NCBI GenBank assembly: GCA_030141605.1
Contig: JAQGDQ010001009.1
Coordinates: 6,872-70,871 of the forward strand
DNA length: 64,000 nt
Direction: 5' to 3'
Origin: Tubiluchus corallicola
Lineage: Eukaryota > Animalia > Priapulida
Shown in pieces: positions 11,646 to 31,391 of this stretch (position 1 is its first letter; each line of letters starts with the position of its first letter). Below the pieces are notes generated by a model. That model was given only the letters and a program-made list of their open reading frames with translations, was not told where the DNA came from and ran no database searches. Position numbers and translations under genes: made by a program.

Positions 11646-12180
11646 AGCTTTCCATGAATCAATTCTACTACCAAAAAGATCAAGAGACCACGTACAGAAT
11701 ACGTACATGGGCGAATTTGCTTCAAAAATATCTCAATGTATCCCGTGGGATACAGGCTATATTTAGCACGCGGGCACAGATAGAAAAAAATAATTATTAT
11801 GTGTAAACAAGATGGACATACTGAACAAAAATACCAAGCCAAAAAAAAATTTTCTTATTAAAAAAATAATTTGGGGTTGAAAGGGTTAAACTCGGAAAGA
11901 TACTTCATCTTGGAGAAGAGCCAAGGAACGAAGCAGCAGAAGGTTAACAATATTGTCTTTCCACGAATGAAATCAATACAATGGAATGATGATTATGATG
12001 TCACAAGCAAATAATAAATAATTCTCAGAAATGGAGAAAATGAAACAGTGGGTTCTATCTCTTGAAACAATGCAAGTTAGCGCGTTTGTATCTGTCTTTG
12101 CTTAATCATTCTAATTACTTTAGAATCAAAGTGTCTCTGGTAGCTACTGCAGTTTGATGTTGTTTAAATGAGACTCAAAG

Positions 12181-12838
12181 ATGTATGGCAATTTCATTTC
12201 GTTTACTGTATCATTCTTTCTTACTGCTTCATCTGACATTTTGTTTTCCGAATCGCATCCCACCTCCTGGACTCCAACTATTGTCCTATCCCCGTGTAAA
12301 ACCATTGAAGATCGTCCCCAGAACTGCTCTTTCGAAGTAATAACAGAAGGGCACAGCGATGACGATGCATATTTTTGTAGTGTCTGGTGCGGTGTTAATG
12401 AAACGCTTGATTTGGACACGATTAATCACATTGTTTATGACGGGGACCACTTGTATTCTTTAAAGATATTTTACTACGGTGTCTGGGCGTTACCTGATCG
12501 ATTTTTACAACGTCAAAAGCACATATCTACTTTGGACATTAGACTTAGTGATAAACTCACCACCATATATGAGAATAACTTTGCAGGACCTGTTGAATAC
12601 CTGCAGTTACTTTTAAACAGCGTTTTGGAAATATTACATCCTAGAGCTTTCATACTACTTCGAAATCTCAAAGAGTTGACCATTGCCAACTCACCACTTC
12701 TCGCTATATCCTCTCTGGATTTATCATGGAGTTCAGCTCTACAGATGATTGTTATTGATGAAACTGCTACAGATTCTTTAGAAAAACCGAAATATAATTA
12801 TTTTCTTTCTGCTCCCAAACTGCGATTATATCTTAGAG
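12181..12838 (+). CDS. N-terminal exon of a leucine-rich-repeat ectodomain protein (LGR/Toll-like); downstream exons not found
   Basis: Hydrophobic N-terminus, Cys-rich cap, LRRs (ISTLDIRLSDKLTTI, LEILHPRAFILLRNLKELTIANSPL); candidate donor AG|GTAAAT at 12839. Confidence 0.65.
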
Positions 12839-13029
12839 GTAAATTCTCTTTCAGTGATTTTCATAGCTGTTAAGAAAGAAAGCATGAAACAGATGGACAG
12901 ATTGACAAATCGTTCAATCAATTGTCGATTGATGGAAACAGACAGACAGGTAGATAGACAAACAGACAGGTACACAGACAGATCGACAGAAGTCAGGAGA
13001 TAGAGGGATGAATGAATGGCCGAATAAGG

Positions 13030-13214
13030 CAAGTGTGCGTATGTGTGTGAGAGAGTGTGTGTGTGCGTGTGTGTGTGTGCATGTGTGTGTGAGAGAGAGA
13101 GTGTGCTTGTGTGTGAGAGAGAGAGAGTGCGTGTGTGTGTGTGAGAGAGAGAAGAGAGAGTGTGTGTGTGTGTGTGTGTGTGTGTGCATGCGTGCACGTG
13201 TGAGAGAGAGAGAG

Positions 13215-13252
<38 letters not shown>

Positions 13253-13295
13253 CCCGCGATTGCGGGTTCAGAAGCGTGCGTGTGCATGTGCGTGT
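13030..13295. repeat. (GT)/(GA) compound microsatellite
   Basis: Seen directly. Confidence 0.95.
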
Positions 13296-13658
13296 TTAGA
13301 TTGAGATTTTTTAGATTCAATAGTTTATTTCAAACTTTACAAGATTCATATGCACATCACAAATTAATACAAATAACACAATAAATTGTGACACACAACA
13401 ATAACACAAATAACAATTGAAGATATAACAAACTAACTACGCCAATGACGCCTTATTACAGTAGTAAAGTTTCACATCACTGGATGCACATTTTCTGTGA
13501 ATCACATCAAAATAAATAAAACTAATTCTAGTAGAAATATATCTGGTGCGTCACATGAAAAGTTAAACAGCTTCCGTGTTGATATATACTATTAAATTTC
13601 AAGAGTTATTATTTGGGTCTGCTACTGTAAATTGAGCGTTGTCGTAATATACCTAAAT

Positions 13659-13962
13659 CAGGGGTGTGCAAATTATCTGAGTAGCCGGCCACATTAAACT
13701 TTCCCGCAATTCCTGCGGGCCACAGGCAGTTTGATCAAGGAGTCAAGTACAGAAAGACCTAATAACGATTTTTTTGCATCCGACCTGCGTACATCATTAC
13801 TACTACACCCAAGAAACTATTTTAGAAATTATTAAAATTCATATTGCAAACCATATATTTCTACTTTCAGAACAGATAGTGGTAATTTCATTACAATGCA
13901 TATTAGTAATGTGTATCACACAGTCTGAGTAGTACAGTGACATTAAGTTACAACCGCCTTGT
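13659..13962 (+). mobile_element. Truncated hAT-type MITE
   Basis: Starts CAGGGGTGTGCAAAT; collinear with the complete copy at 26248-26728. Confidence 0.8.
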
Positions 13963-14081
13963 ATAAATTCCAAAATCACTTGAAACTGCATTTAGAGTAG
14001 TATGACCATGTAGTATAATTTTGTAATGTTTGTCCGTGTGTTAATATATATTATAGTATGTACACATACATTTTTGACTAA

Positions 14082-14360
14082 TGGTGAAAGCACTGACAGT
14101 CTTACAGGAAGTAGTAATATACAGTGATAAGCTTATTTAACGGTTAACTGTGAAAACACTGACAGTCTTACAGGAAGTAGTAATATACAGGGATAAGCTT
14201 ATTTAACGGATAACGGTGAAAGCACTGACAGTCTTACAGGAAGTAGTACTAAACAGGGATAAGCTTATTTAACGGTTAACATATATAAACTTTATTTATT
14301 TTGAGCGGATTTAAATTGGATTAACACTGAGAGCACTGACCGCCTTACAGGAAGTAATAA
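14082..14360. repeat. ~66-bp tandem repeat, 3-4 copies
   Basis: gcactgacagtcttacaggaagtagtaatatacag recurs. Confidence 0.8.
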
Positions 14361-14762
14361 CCTTGCACTTATTTGTGCGTTTAAATGTCAGTATAAAGCA
14401 CCGACATACCTGTAAACTGGAGGAATCGCTTTTCACTTACATTGTGTGCTTAATCAAAATTTAATTAACTTTATTTTTAAATTAATTTAATCTTCCTCTA
14501 TTACTGGTGACCTCCTTTAATATTGTAACGAATCCAGTGCTGCTCCGTCTCACGATGTATGTACGATTAGTGGAAATGGTAGGAAGAAAGATAACAGATT
14601 GTTCTATGTTGACATCAGCTCTAAAGATTTATCAATGATGCCTTGTTCTGCATAATCTGTACCAGGATATGTTCTGTTCCAAGGTATGATACAATGCTGA
14701 TCAGGCGATAGCTAGATGTAGAACTTTATGATTTTTGCTTTGTTTTCTCGATAATTTATGTA

Positions 14763-15320
14763 TATAATCTCTATTTGCCATAAAAAAAAATCGATATTCA
14801 AAAGCATAAAAGAACATCGCAGCATGAGAATAAAATTCACACAACTGTTAAAGGCAAATGCGTCCAGTGCAAACTAAAAACTACTGTGACAAAAATTTAA
14901 AACAAAATATACATTATAATGTTACACGGAGATTATAATAAACTAGATAGAATATATACGTACAATTTAAAATGGACGTGGGTAAATAAAATTTGTGGAT
15001 GAATATATATTATCGTTTACGTATGCTAGGTTTTCAAAACGATTTAATGTATGTACTTTTAATTATAATTTGAATTCGTCGAAAGACTTGATCGAAAATC
15101 ACCTTTATGCGCCTCGAAATCCAAGTGTGTGATCTCAGGTATAAATTACTAAGTTGTAGCATAATGGCCATAGACCTGAACCACATATTCTTTATCGTAA
15201 GTGGATGTAGGCCATCTATATCTAGACTTTTGCCATTGGTTTTAGCTTCTTTTACAGCACGGTTTAAATCTTCCATACAAAATTCTCTGTTGATATTTTT
15301 CGATTGATCATTAGTAATTT
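14763..15320 (-). mobile_element. LINE relic (3' end plus ORF2 fragment)
   Basis: EDLNRAVKEAKTNGKSLDIDGLHP resembles the pre-RT LINE motif; the 3' tail is shared with 47763-48090 (direct) and 46780-47070 (inverted). Confidence 0.7.
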
Positions 15321-15442
15321 GGACTCAACATGGACCTTCCAGTTCCTATAAAAGATAAAATCGTCATCATCATTATTGATAAAAAAATTTATGTAAAAAG
15401 CTACGCACTTATCTTCGTCGTCACTTAAGCATTCATCAATAA

Positions 15443-16545
15443 CAGAGGCGTATTAACCAATAGGCTAACTAAGCTATAGTCTAGGGCGCCAAAGATTAGG
15501 AAGCGTCACATTTTAGAAACAATTCTTATTCTCCTTGGAAAATGTTCATATTCATGTAAAGGGTGTATTATATAACACACCACATGCAGTTACTGAGACG
15601 GCTTCTATATAAAAGTTACATATAAAGGCAAGGTTTGACACAGCAATTTATAGTATTTCTAATAAACCACAAGCAGTTTGTAATGTATGCACTCAAACCA
15701 AAGTTGCGTTCCCATATCTATGTTAGTTTATTCTGCAAAGTACAAATTTTCTGTAGTCTACAATTACTACCTCTACAAAACTACTGAATTAAGTGCTAGA
15801 AAATAAGTGCTACAGATTACTACGTTACACTAAAAAGCTAAAATGCATACATACATTGTTGGTCCAATATTGAGTCGAGAAAAAGCCGGAATGTCAGTAA
15901 AAAGTAGCAGTATAATTACAAGTCAAATTTTAAATGTAACAGAGACGTGTGCACATAACAAGTTCCACCTATACAATGTCAGAGTAGAAAAAGTAGTCTA
16001 GCTTGTTGAACTACAGTCTAATGTATTGTGGCTTCTAATGTATGTACTACATTGAGAAGGGGTAGTCTAGCTTGTTGAACTACAGTCTAATGTATTGTGG
16101 CTTCTAATGTATGTACTACATTGAGAAGGGGTAGTCTAGCTTGTTGAACTACAGTCTAATGTATTGTGGCTTCTAATGTATGTACTACCTTGAGGAGGGG
16201 TAGTCTAGCTTGTTGAACTACAGTCTAATATATTGTGGCTTCTAATGCATATACTACCTTGAGAAGGGGTAGTCTAGCTTGTTGAACTACAGTCTAATGT
16301 ATTGTGGCTTCTAATGTATGTACTACATTGAGAAGGGGTAGTCTAGCTTGTTGAACTACAGTCTAATATATTGTGGCTTCTAATGTATATACTACCTTGG
16401 GAAGGGGAAATGGACCAAAACATTTATACCTGCAACACAGTTGTTTGATCTGCTCATTACATAAACAACTATAAGTCCACAATACAGATGGGGGGGGGGA
16501 GAAAACTGTCAGCCGAGCACGTCGGAAAGTCTTGATACGCCCCTG
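15443..16545 (+). mobile_element. Putative non-autonomous DNA element carrying a 69-bp satellite (15994-16408)
   Basis: Ends CAGAGGCGTA...TACGCCCCTG, no TSD seen. Internal ~15690-16400 matches 34219-35500 in inverted orientation. Confidence 0.6.
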
Positions 16546-16917
16546 GTTGCCATACACTATGATGTTAATTGTACAAGCCTTGTCTTGTGTGAGCAATTTG
16601 CGGTAAATTTCCAAAACATTCTTTCACCATGTACGCTTGTACCTTCATATTGGTTACGTTTTCTAGAAGGCATTTATCTGCAGCAGTTTGCAATGTATCG
16701 TCAAATTTATTTTTATATTTTTGTTCTTATGGTCAGAAAATTAAAGATATCGTTTTTTCTCGATTCTCTTACATTTTTTGATGTGACAAAAAGTGTTTCG
16801 GGGTGGGGTGGGGGGTGCGCACTTTCTTCTTTAGCAAAGATTTATTCGTAAGTCTCAAGCGTTACAAGCTCTTTATTTTCTAAGCATGATCACCAATTCT
16901 TCCAGTTGCTTCGTTTA

Positions 16918-17427
16918 ATATTGGACTTAATTCGACTCAGGGGGTCGAAGTCTAAGATGGCATGGCGGTCTTGATATTGAACTGAATTCGGCTCAGGGGG
17001 TCGAACTCCAAGATGGCATGGCGGTCTTGATATTGAACTGAATTCGACTCAGGAGGTCGAACTCCAAGATGGCATGGCGGTCTTGATATTGAACTGAATT
17101 CGACTCAGGGGGTCGAACTCCAAGATGGCATGGCGGTCTTGATATTGAATTGAATTCGACTCAGGGGGTCAAACTCCAAGATGGCATGGCGGTCTTGATA
17201 TTGAACTGAATTCGACTCAGGGGGTCGAACTCCAAGATGGCCTGGCGGTCTTGATATTGGACTGAATTCGACTCAGGGGGTCGAACTCCAAGATGGCATG
17301 ACGCTCTTGATATTGGACTGAATTCGACTCAGGGGGTCGAACTCCAAGATGGCATGGCGGTCTTGATATTGGACTGAATTCGACTCAGGGGGTCGAACTC
17401 CAAGATGGCATGGCGGTCTTGATATTG
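16918..17427. repeat. 56-bp minisatellite, ~9 copies
   Basis: ttgatattggactgaattcgactcagggggtcgaactccaagatggcatggcggtc; internal ttcgac...gtcgaa hairpin. Confidence 0.95.
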
Positions 17428-18654
17428 CGCATCATGAAGATCCATTTTACTATCTTTATGTAACTGATTACTTAACTACAAATGTTAATTTTAATTACAA
17501 ATGTTATGCTAATTAACTAAGTTAATGTCTGTAAACTAGTACATTATAACTGTTATAGCGTGTCATCTAACTCTCATAAAATAAAATACACAAAAACTAC
17601 ACTGTACGGAGTTTATTATCAGCACTAATAAAAATAGGGAACAAAATACACACACAAAAAATAACTAACTAACTCAGTAACAGCACTACACCCCAGGAGC
17701 ACCTGTGTCAGAAATCAAGGCTGTAGTGACCTCTACAAACTTTTATACTGGCATTCCAGGTCAGCTGGCTTCTCACACCACGTGTAGGCCCAAACAAGAC
17801 ATCTGGACCTACAAGAAATGTGTGGAAGTTGTAATTGTACATTTTTAATTAGGTGCTGCCATCTATGAACTAATCCTGTTACATTCTTACATTCTGCTTA
17901 CCCCCAGTATAATTGTACGGTCCAGTGAATGCATATTCACTGGATCTCTCCCTATTTTAAAGTAATGGTTTTTGTGAAGCCCGTCTGCATAGTCACCTAT
18001 ACCTGTATATATTGACTGGTTTTACTTTCTAGTCACTGTCTCACTCTCAGTGTTCAGTGCAGCAGCCATTCTACTCATGTTTCTGTAGTTTTAATAAACA
18101 CTTTTCTGTGCAAATATGTAGTATAGATTTTTATTCTTGTTCATACTTCTGTGCCTAAACTCAATCAAACAAAGTGAGTGATCTACAACTTTAAACATGA
18201 CTTTCACAAAATGAGTAAGTCGCTGCTGTCGTGGAAGCAGGGCGTGTAGAGGGATCTACACCTGACCCGACACAGGTGCCTCCGTAACAATATCATAAAC
18301 CATTCGGACTTTAACAAATGAAGAACGAGAAGAGGTCTTCGAAATTGCAAATCTGTATCAGTAAAATCCAACTTATTGCGAAAATGCCCAAAAGGTGGCA
18401 GCACCAAAACAGTACTGAAAATCTGATCAAACGAAATAATTAATAACGGCATTTTAGTCTAAGTACTTAGCTAATTATTTGCCAAAAAGTAATTAGTGTT
18501 GCGAATTGCCAATTGAAAAGACCAACGTTATAAGACATCTCTTATATTAATTATATTACTTAATAATTTGATCTGATGTAGAGTCTACTATTTCTGATCT
18601 TAACATACCTACTGCTCTACTTTACTTCACTTCACTCACTACAAGTTTTTTATT

Positions 18655-18960
18655 TTTATTTATTATTATTATTATCACATTCAGTACAATATAATGACAT
18701 TAAGCACACAGTGACATCAAAATTGTTAAATCATACTGTATTAAATTGTTATGTTTCATACACTATCGTTGTCATAAAAGAATAATTGTACTGCAGTGGG
18801 CTAGAGAAGCAAAGGCTTGTATAAGCCCACTGTCATGTGAACCCGATAAAAAAAGAATGGATGAGTGAACAAAAAAAAAGAACTGGGAGAAAGGTTAGAC
18901 CACACAGGAAGGGTAGAAGGATGTGTTAGTGGAAATGGTAGGAAGAAAGATAATAGATTG
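18655..18960. repeat. Dispersed repeat (probable LINE 3' end), also at 19805-20180 and partly 14568-14670
   Basis: Near-identical sequence blocks. Confidence 0.75.
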
Positions 18961-19255
18961 CGATTGCGATACATAGTTAAGTATATAGTAAGATGACGAA
19001 GACAAAGTGATGACATTGCTGGATGGAAAAAATTAAGTACACATGTATAACAAATAATCAGTATTCCATGTGATAATTGATAGTGTAATTAAATTGAACA
19101 TAATAGCATGAATTCCTGCCAATATTTAAAGCAATTAACATTAGTTAAATTAAGGTAAATTTATGGTATATAAATATCCTAATTTTAGTCAAATGCGTGT
19201 AATTTCATGTCTAATGCGTCTTGTTTCTTTTCCTTTTCGGAGTTTAGCACTTTAA

Positions 19256-19641
19256 CCCTTTCTTACCCGTTGTATCCCGTGGGATACGAGAATATTTTCT
19301 GCCTTTGAAATTAATAAAATTTTAAAACTGACAGTTATTTGATCTGTTAATAGTTATTTTGATTTAAGCCAATGACAATAGATTAAAATGGTGATAAAAT
19401 GGCAAACTAGAAAATCTACATAGCACAAAAAACTGCACAAGGTACAGTACTTTAGAGACGACTTTGTACAGATCAGCATAGCATGCATACTAAATGTCTT
19501 AAATACTTTAAAAAATTATCAGCAGTTGCAAAACGAAGCACATTTTTTGCTTTTATTGTATTTTTAAAAAAGTCGGACTTTGTTTTTTGGCACATGACAA
19601 AGAATGTTGTGTATCCCACAGGATACATTGGGAACAAACGG
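19256..19641. mobile_element. piggyBac-like MITE
   Basis: TTAA|CCCTTT...GTATCCCGTGGGATAC on the left; imperfect inverted copy gtatcccacaggatac...aaacgg on the right. Confidence 0.6.
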
Positions 19642-20517
19642 TTGTAATTCACTTTCATAATAAATAATAATAGACGCAAGAATGCACTGATGTGCAAAAA
19701 CTGTTTTGTTGTCACACTAAAAAGCAGTTAATGAATGTTGGCAACAACATGAAAGTGTTTTGGAGTCGATAATGATTTGCTGGGTGTACCTGTTACTATT
19801 ATTATTTATTATTAATTATTATTATCACGTTCAGTACAATATAATGACATTAAGCACACAGCAACATTAAGCAATTGTTACGTCATACTGTATTAAATTG
19901 TTATGTTTCAAACACAATCATTATAATAAAAGAATAATTTTAATACAGTGGGCTAGAGAAGCAAAGGCTTGTATAAGCCCACTGTCATCTGATACTGATA
20001 AAAAAAGAATGGATGAGTGAACAAAAAAAGAACTGGGAGAAAGGTTAGATCACACAGGAAGGGTAGAAGGATGTGTTAGTGGAAATGGTAGGAAGAAAGA
20101 TAATAGATTGTGCTATGTTTACATCAGTTCTAAAGATTTATCAATGATGCCTTGTTTTGCATAATCTGTACCAGGATTGTGGTATGACTCCTGCAGTAGA
20201 TGTAGGAAATTAGAAAGTGTTGTACAAGAACTTTGCTCAGTTTGTGCATTGGGTAGACACAGTATTTTGATACATTACAGAAAATAAAACCTTTGCTTTT
20301 ATATTACTCAGTGGTTCAATGTTATTGCTTTCGAAAAATGCATTGATCTGTGGCTCCATCTATCCCAGTGTGCAAGAAACATTATTTCCACGTAATATTC
20401 TTTTCTGTGCAATATTTTTTAAATTTAAAGTGCGTAACATAATGGCGCGAAAATTTTCGTTAATTAGTTCGACAACTGTCCTAGGAAAAGTCGTTTTTCT
20501 TTTTTTTGTTTATCCAC

Positions 20518-20930
20518 TTATTCATTTACTCATTCAAACATTCATTCCTTCATTCATTCATTCTTCCATTCATTCATTCACTCACTCATTCATCCATTTA
20601 TTCACTCACTCTTTCATTCATTCATGCATTCATTCATTTATTCATTCATTTATTCACTCACTCATTCATTCATTCATTTATTCATTCACACGTTCGTTTG
20701 TTTGTTCGTTCATTCGTTCGTTCATGCATACATGCATCCGTTCGTTCGTTCGTTCATTCATTCATTCACTTCTTTATTCATTCATTTATTCATTCATTCA
20801 GTCAGGCAGTCAGTCAGTCAGTCAGTCAGTCAGTCAGTCGGTCGGTCGGTCGGTCGGTCGGTCGGTCGGTCAGTCAGTCAGCCAGCCAGTCAGTCAGTCA
20901 GTCAGTCAGTCAGTCATACATTCATTCATT
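20518..20930. repeat. (TTCA)/(TTCG)/(CAGT)/(CGGT) microsatellite
   Basis: Seen directly. Confidence 0.95.
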
Positions 20931-21361
20931 CGCACATTCTTTCATCTAGTTTCGTCATGTCCTGTTTGGTTGCACAATAAGTACAGATATTATCTCTAAC
21001 AGTCTAACTCCATCGCTAAACAACTGAAACGTGTTAGTGCAATTGTTCTTTCCAGGCAGACCTAACGAAAACTCAAACTGAACAAACCAACTCCCTCAGA
21101 GCTGAAAATCATTGACACAAACAATCGTTAAACAAGTTTGTAGCATACAGGCCTGATCATGCAGAGATGAAATGCTGCAAAACTGGAAATGAAATTATAA
21201 TCCTGTCGAATTAGGATTTTATGCTGTGCTTAATTAAGTGTAAACCTGAATGAAAATCCTTTCTCCGCTTGAATGTGAACGGGTCACTGACTCTGCAGTA
21301 GTTACAGCCGTTAGGTGATGAATGACTTCCAGTAATGCTGCTCACTGCTCAGACAACTTTT

Positions 21362-22300
<939 letters not shown>

Positions 22301-22826
22301 CAACATTCGCTGTCTATTCTTCGCGTTCACCATGAAATCACAGCGAAAACGTTGAGGAAGTGGATCAAGGCGATAATTTTCTCATCTTGGTCACGCCTAC
22401 CGTTCCAATGACATGCCCAGCAGTTCCAATTAACCCCCTTTGTCACTTTAAGATTAACAAGCTTGTGTGACTGGCAATTTGCCGTCGGGATCAAAATCTA
22501 ACAGGGTAACTTTGGAGTTCTTCCGTGACACTCACTCTTGCGAGTACATTACAATCTTACAGCAATAGTTTAGAAAAGTTGTTCACATAGAAAAGGACGT
22601 GTTCACACTTTGTTCACATCGCGTGTGGCAGAGAAAATGACATTTCTTGTGAAGCAGAAAAGAAAAGAGCTCGTGTTCTAATGAAAGAGGAATCATTAGA
22701 GGGTGGCGTCTCTTTAAACCGAGGCGTTTTTGCTGCCTCTTTGATCAGCGTGTACCCACAGTGAGTCAGCCATCTTACAGACTGTCCACTCCAATGACCA
22801 ATGAAACGTGGACGCAAGACTGACCA

Positions 22827-27995
<5,169 letters not shown>

Positions 27996-27998
<3 letters not shown>

Positions 27999-28460
27999 TG
28001 ATGTTCGTCCTTCGAATCGAAGATGACCATAGTGACAGGGATAAAGGGTCAGTTTGCGGCAAACCATCTAGGTGAAGGAAAACACTGATCACAAACCTCC
28101 ACTGCCTTGTGGCTATATCCTCGATGAGAAAGGCTTCGGGAGTAAACCTCAAGGAAAAATCCGGAAATGGAGTCCCTATAGGCGGGTCATGTTGCATAGC
28201 ACTATGATTCTGACAACTCCTGCGACGCCTGAAGTACCAGATGTACTGGCTCTGCCTTTCCCATGGATCACACTTCTGGCGTGGAGAGAGTGAGGCTTTT
28301 GCGACCTGGTGCAATCCCTCCCTCACTTTAAACCAAGTCACGCACAAATCATGATGACAGGTCACCACCTGGCGTAGAGAGAGTGAGGCTGGTGACCTGG
28401 CGCAATCCCTCCCTCACTTTAAACCAAGTCACGCACAAGTCATGATGACAGGTCACCACC
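27996..28460. mobile_element. RTE-derived non-autonomous retroelement, rearranged, with an internal ~94-bp duplication
   Basis: ctaggtgaaggaaaacactgat...aaaggcttcgggagtaaacc...aaaatccgga resembles RTE 5'UTRs as I recall them (not searched); an inverted terminal piece ending gaaggacgaaca(tca)n lies at 27996-28040. Confidence 0.6.
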
Positions 28461-28524
28461 AAAAATTAAATAAAACTATAAATAATTATGAAATAAATGA
28501 CTTACAGCACGGCTGTCAGTGAGA

Positions 28525-30166
28525 CCAAGTCTTTACCACTTGCTGATAGTCGTCCCCTACGGAACAAGTCCTTACCACTTGCTGATGGTCGTCCCCTACG
28601 GAACAAGTCGTTACCACTTGCTGATGGTCGTCCCCTACGGAACAAGCCATTACCACTTGCTGATAGTCGTCCCCTACGGAACAAGTCGCTACCACTTGCT
28701 GATGGTCGTCCCCTACGGAACAAGTCGCTACCACTTGCTGATGGTCGTCCCCTACGGAACAAGTCGTTACCACTTGCTGATAGTCGTCCCCTACGGAACA
28801 AGTCCTTACCACTTGCTGATGGTCGTCCCCTACGGAACAAGTCGCTACCACTTGCTGATGGTCGTCCCCTACGGAACAAGCCATTACCACTTGCTGATAG
28901 TCGTCCCCTGCGGAACAAGTCGTTGCCACTTGCTGATAGTCGTCCCCTACGGAACAAGTCGCTACCACTTGCTGATAGTCGTCCCCTACGGAACAAGCCA
29001 TTACCACTTGCTGATAGTCGTCCCCTACGGAACAAGTCGCTACCACTTGCTGATAGTCGTCCCCTATGGAACAAGTCGCTACTACTTGCTGATAGTCGTC
29101 CCCTACGGAACAAGTCCTTACCACTTGCTGATGGTCGTCCCCTACGGAACAAGTCGCTACCACTTGCTGATGGTCGTCCCCTACGGAACAAGTCGCTACC
29201 ACTTGCTGATAGTCGTCCCCTACGGAACAAGTAGTTACCACTTGCTGATAGTCGTCCCCTACGGAACAAGTCCTTACCACTTGCTGATAGTCGTCCCCTA
29301 CGGAACAAGTCGCTACCACTTGCTGATGGTCGTCCCCTACGGAACAAGTCGCTACCACTTGCTGATAGTCGTCCCCTACGGAACAAGCCATTACCACTTG
29401 CTGATAGTCGTCCCCTACGGAACAAGTCGTTACCACTTGCTGATAGTCGTCCCCTACGGAACAAGTCCTTACCACTTGCTGATAGTCGTCCCCTACGGAA
29501 CAAGTCGCTACCACTTGCTGATGGTCGTCCCCTACGGAACAAGTCGCTACCACTTGCTGATAGTCGTCCCCTACGGAACAAGTCCTTAACACTTGCTGAT
29601 AGTCGTCCCCTACGGAACAAGTCGTTACCACTTGCTGATGGTCGTCCCCTACGGAAAAAGTCGCTACCACTTGCTGATGGTCGTCCCCTACGGAACAAGT
29701 CGCTACCACTTGCTGATAGTCGTCCCCTACGGAACAAGTCGTTACCACTTGCTGATAGTCGTCCCCTACGGAACAAGTCGCTACCACTTGCTGATAGTCG
29801 TCCCCTATGGAACAAGCCATTACCACTTGCTGATAGTCGTCCCCTACGGAACAAGTCGCTACCACTTGCTGATAGTCGTCCCCTACGGAACAAGTCGCTA
29901 CCACTTGCTGATGGTCGTCCCCTACGGAACAAGTCGTTACCACTTGCTGATGGTCGTCCCCTACGGAACAAGTCGCTACCACTTGCTGATGGTCGTCCCC
30001 TACGGAACAAGTCGTTACCACTTGCTGATAGTCGTCCCCTACGGAACAAGTCGCTACCACTTGCTGATGGTCGTCCCCTACGGAACAAGTCGCTACCACT
30101 TGCTGATAGTCGTCCCCTACGGAACAAGCCATTACCACTTGCTGATAGTCGTCCCCTACGGAACAA
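28525..30166. repeat. 39-bp minisatellite, ~42 copies
   Basis: cggaacaagtcgctaccacttgctgatagtcgtccccta. Confidence 0.97.
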
Positions 30167-31211
30167 TGATTGCTTTTGACTATAAACTGATAAGGCTGAA
30201 CCAGAAAGGCATGTTTGTCTGAAGTGCCCAGGAATAAAAATTGAGCACGTTCACATTATGTGCTTAATGGCTAAATATAAGCAATGATGAATCTAGTTTC
30301 ATAATGGATACGTGGCGGGAACTACTTCAGGCGATATTTATTACTTTTGGGAATGTGTCGTCATGCCACACAGATGTTTATATTGAAGGAAGATGTCTGG
30401 AAAATAGCTAATTAACACAACCTCTGCCAAGTTCAACATCTAGTCTCTGAAGATTGATATGATAATGAGTTACAGACAGTAAAAAATACTAATCCCCTAA
30501 CATTGACCACTGGATTACATCTTCCAGAATGTCAAAAAATTAAGAGTTGTGATGACTTCTAGTCAAAAAGGCGTTTTGAGCCACGCTTGCATTTTTGTAA
30601 ATGAGCCAGTTCACCTTTGCTTTTGCCTTTACTCCAGTATTAATCATTTTGTTAAACACGTGGTTCTTGAAGATTAAAGGAAAACCAGGCGATGGTGTAT
30701 ACATTAGTTCAGAATAAAGAATGCTCTAAAATATTGAAAACTACAATAGCTTTTTGTAAACCAAAGCTTAGGTTAAATAATAATTACCTCAGATACCCAA
30801 ATTTTGTTATACTTTCAAAGCTACGCGCGGAATTTTGTCACATTCGCGTGGCCGACAAATAGAAGGTGGTACTGTGATAACCATGATCATAAACTGCAGT
30901 GTTAGATTCTGACGTCATATGACGTAGAGCCCATTTTTCGTGACATCATGCGTTTAAACAGTACTACAACATTTATGCAAATGTGCTTACGCAAGGGAAC
31001 ATGCCTGCCATTGCACAAACTGTGGTTAGTTTCTGACGTAAGCAATACCTGTGTTCTGTCGCCGTTAATTAACTTTCTAAGCTAATTATTCAAATATAAG
31101 GAACAATTGTTAACTTTCATAGGCAAAAAAACGTATATTTTGGACAGTAAATTAAAATGAGATTGAGTCTAAACAATCGTCCGGTCTTCCTTTAACCACT
31201 TCACAGATTAA

Positions 31212-31391
31212 TCACAACCAGAAACTATGTCCGTTCTTGACATAACCACAAAGATATTCATATTCATCATGATTGTGACCATCATCATATCCTAAATAAC
31301 CATGCTGATGGCCACAATAACTACATCTGCTTCCACCATAGTGTACATGCCATAGACTGTTGATAAATGAGACCAGTATCAGAATATACAT
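31212..31391 (-). CDS. Possible small secreted Gly/His/Tyr peptide (59 aa) or decayed paralog of the Gly-rich genes
   Basis: MYILILVSFINSLWHVHYGG...HQHGYLGYDDGHNHD; aag-ATG context; candidate acceptor AG at 31425-31426. Confidence 0.35.
   Translation of the reverse strand: MYILILVSFINSLWHVHYGGSRCSYCGHQHGYLGYDDGHNHDEYEYLCGYVKNGHSFWL

Noticed and set aside
16918-17427. Hairpin-containing repeat as CRISPR or tRNA array
   Set aside because: No variable spacers and no cloverleaf
17821-18187. Possible solo LTR (TGTGGA...TCTACA with AATAAA)
   Set aside because: No TSD and no second full copy; only a partial match to the 102-bp repeat
28497-30222. Long repetitive ORFs, or a CRISPR-like array
   Set aside because: Head-to-tail 39-bp units with no unique spacers, no cas genes and a eukaryotic context; frames are open because the unit is a multiple of 3
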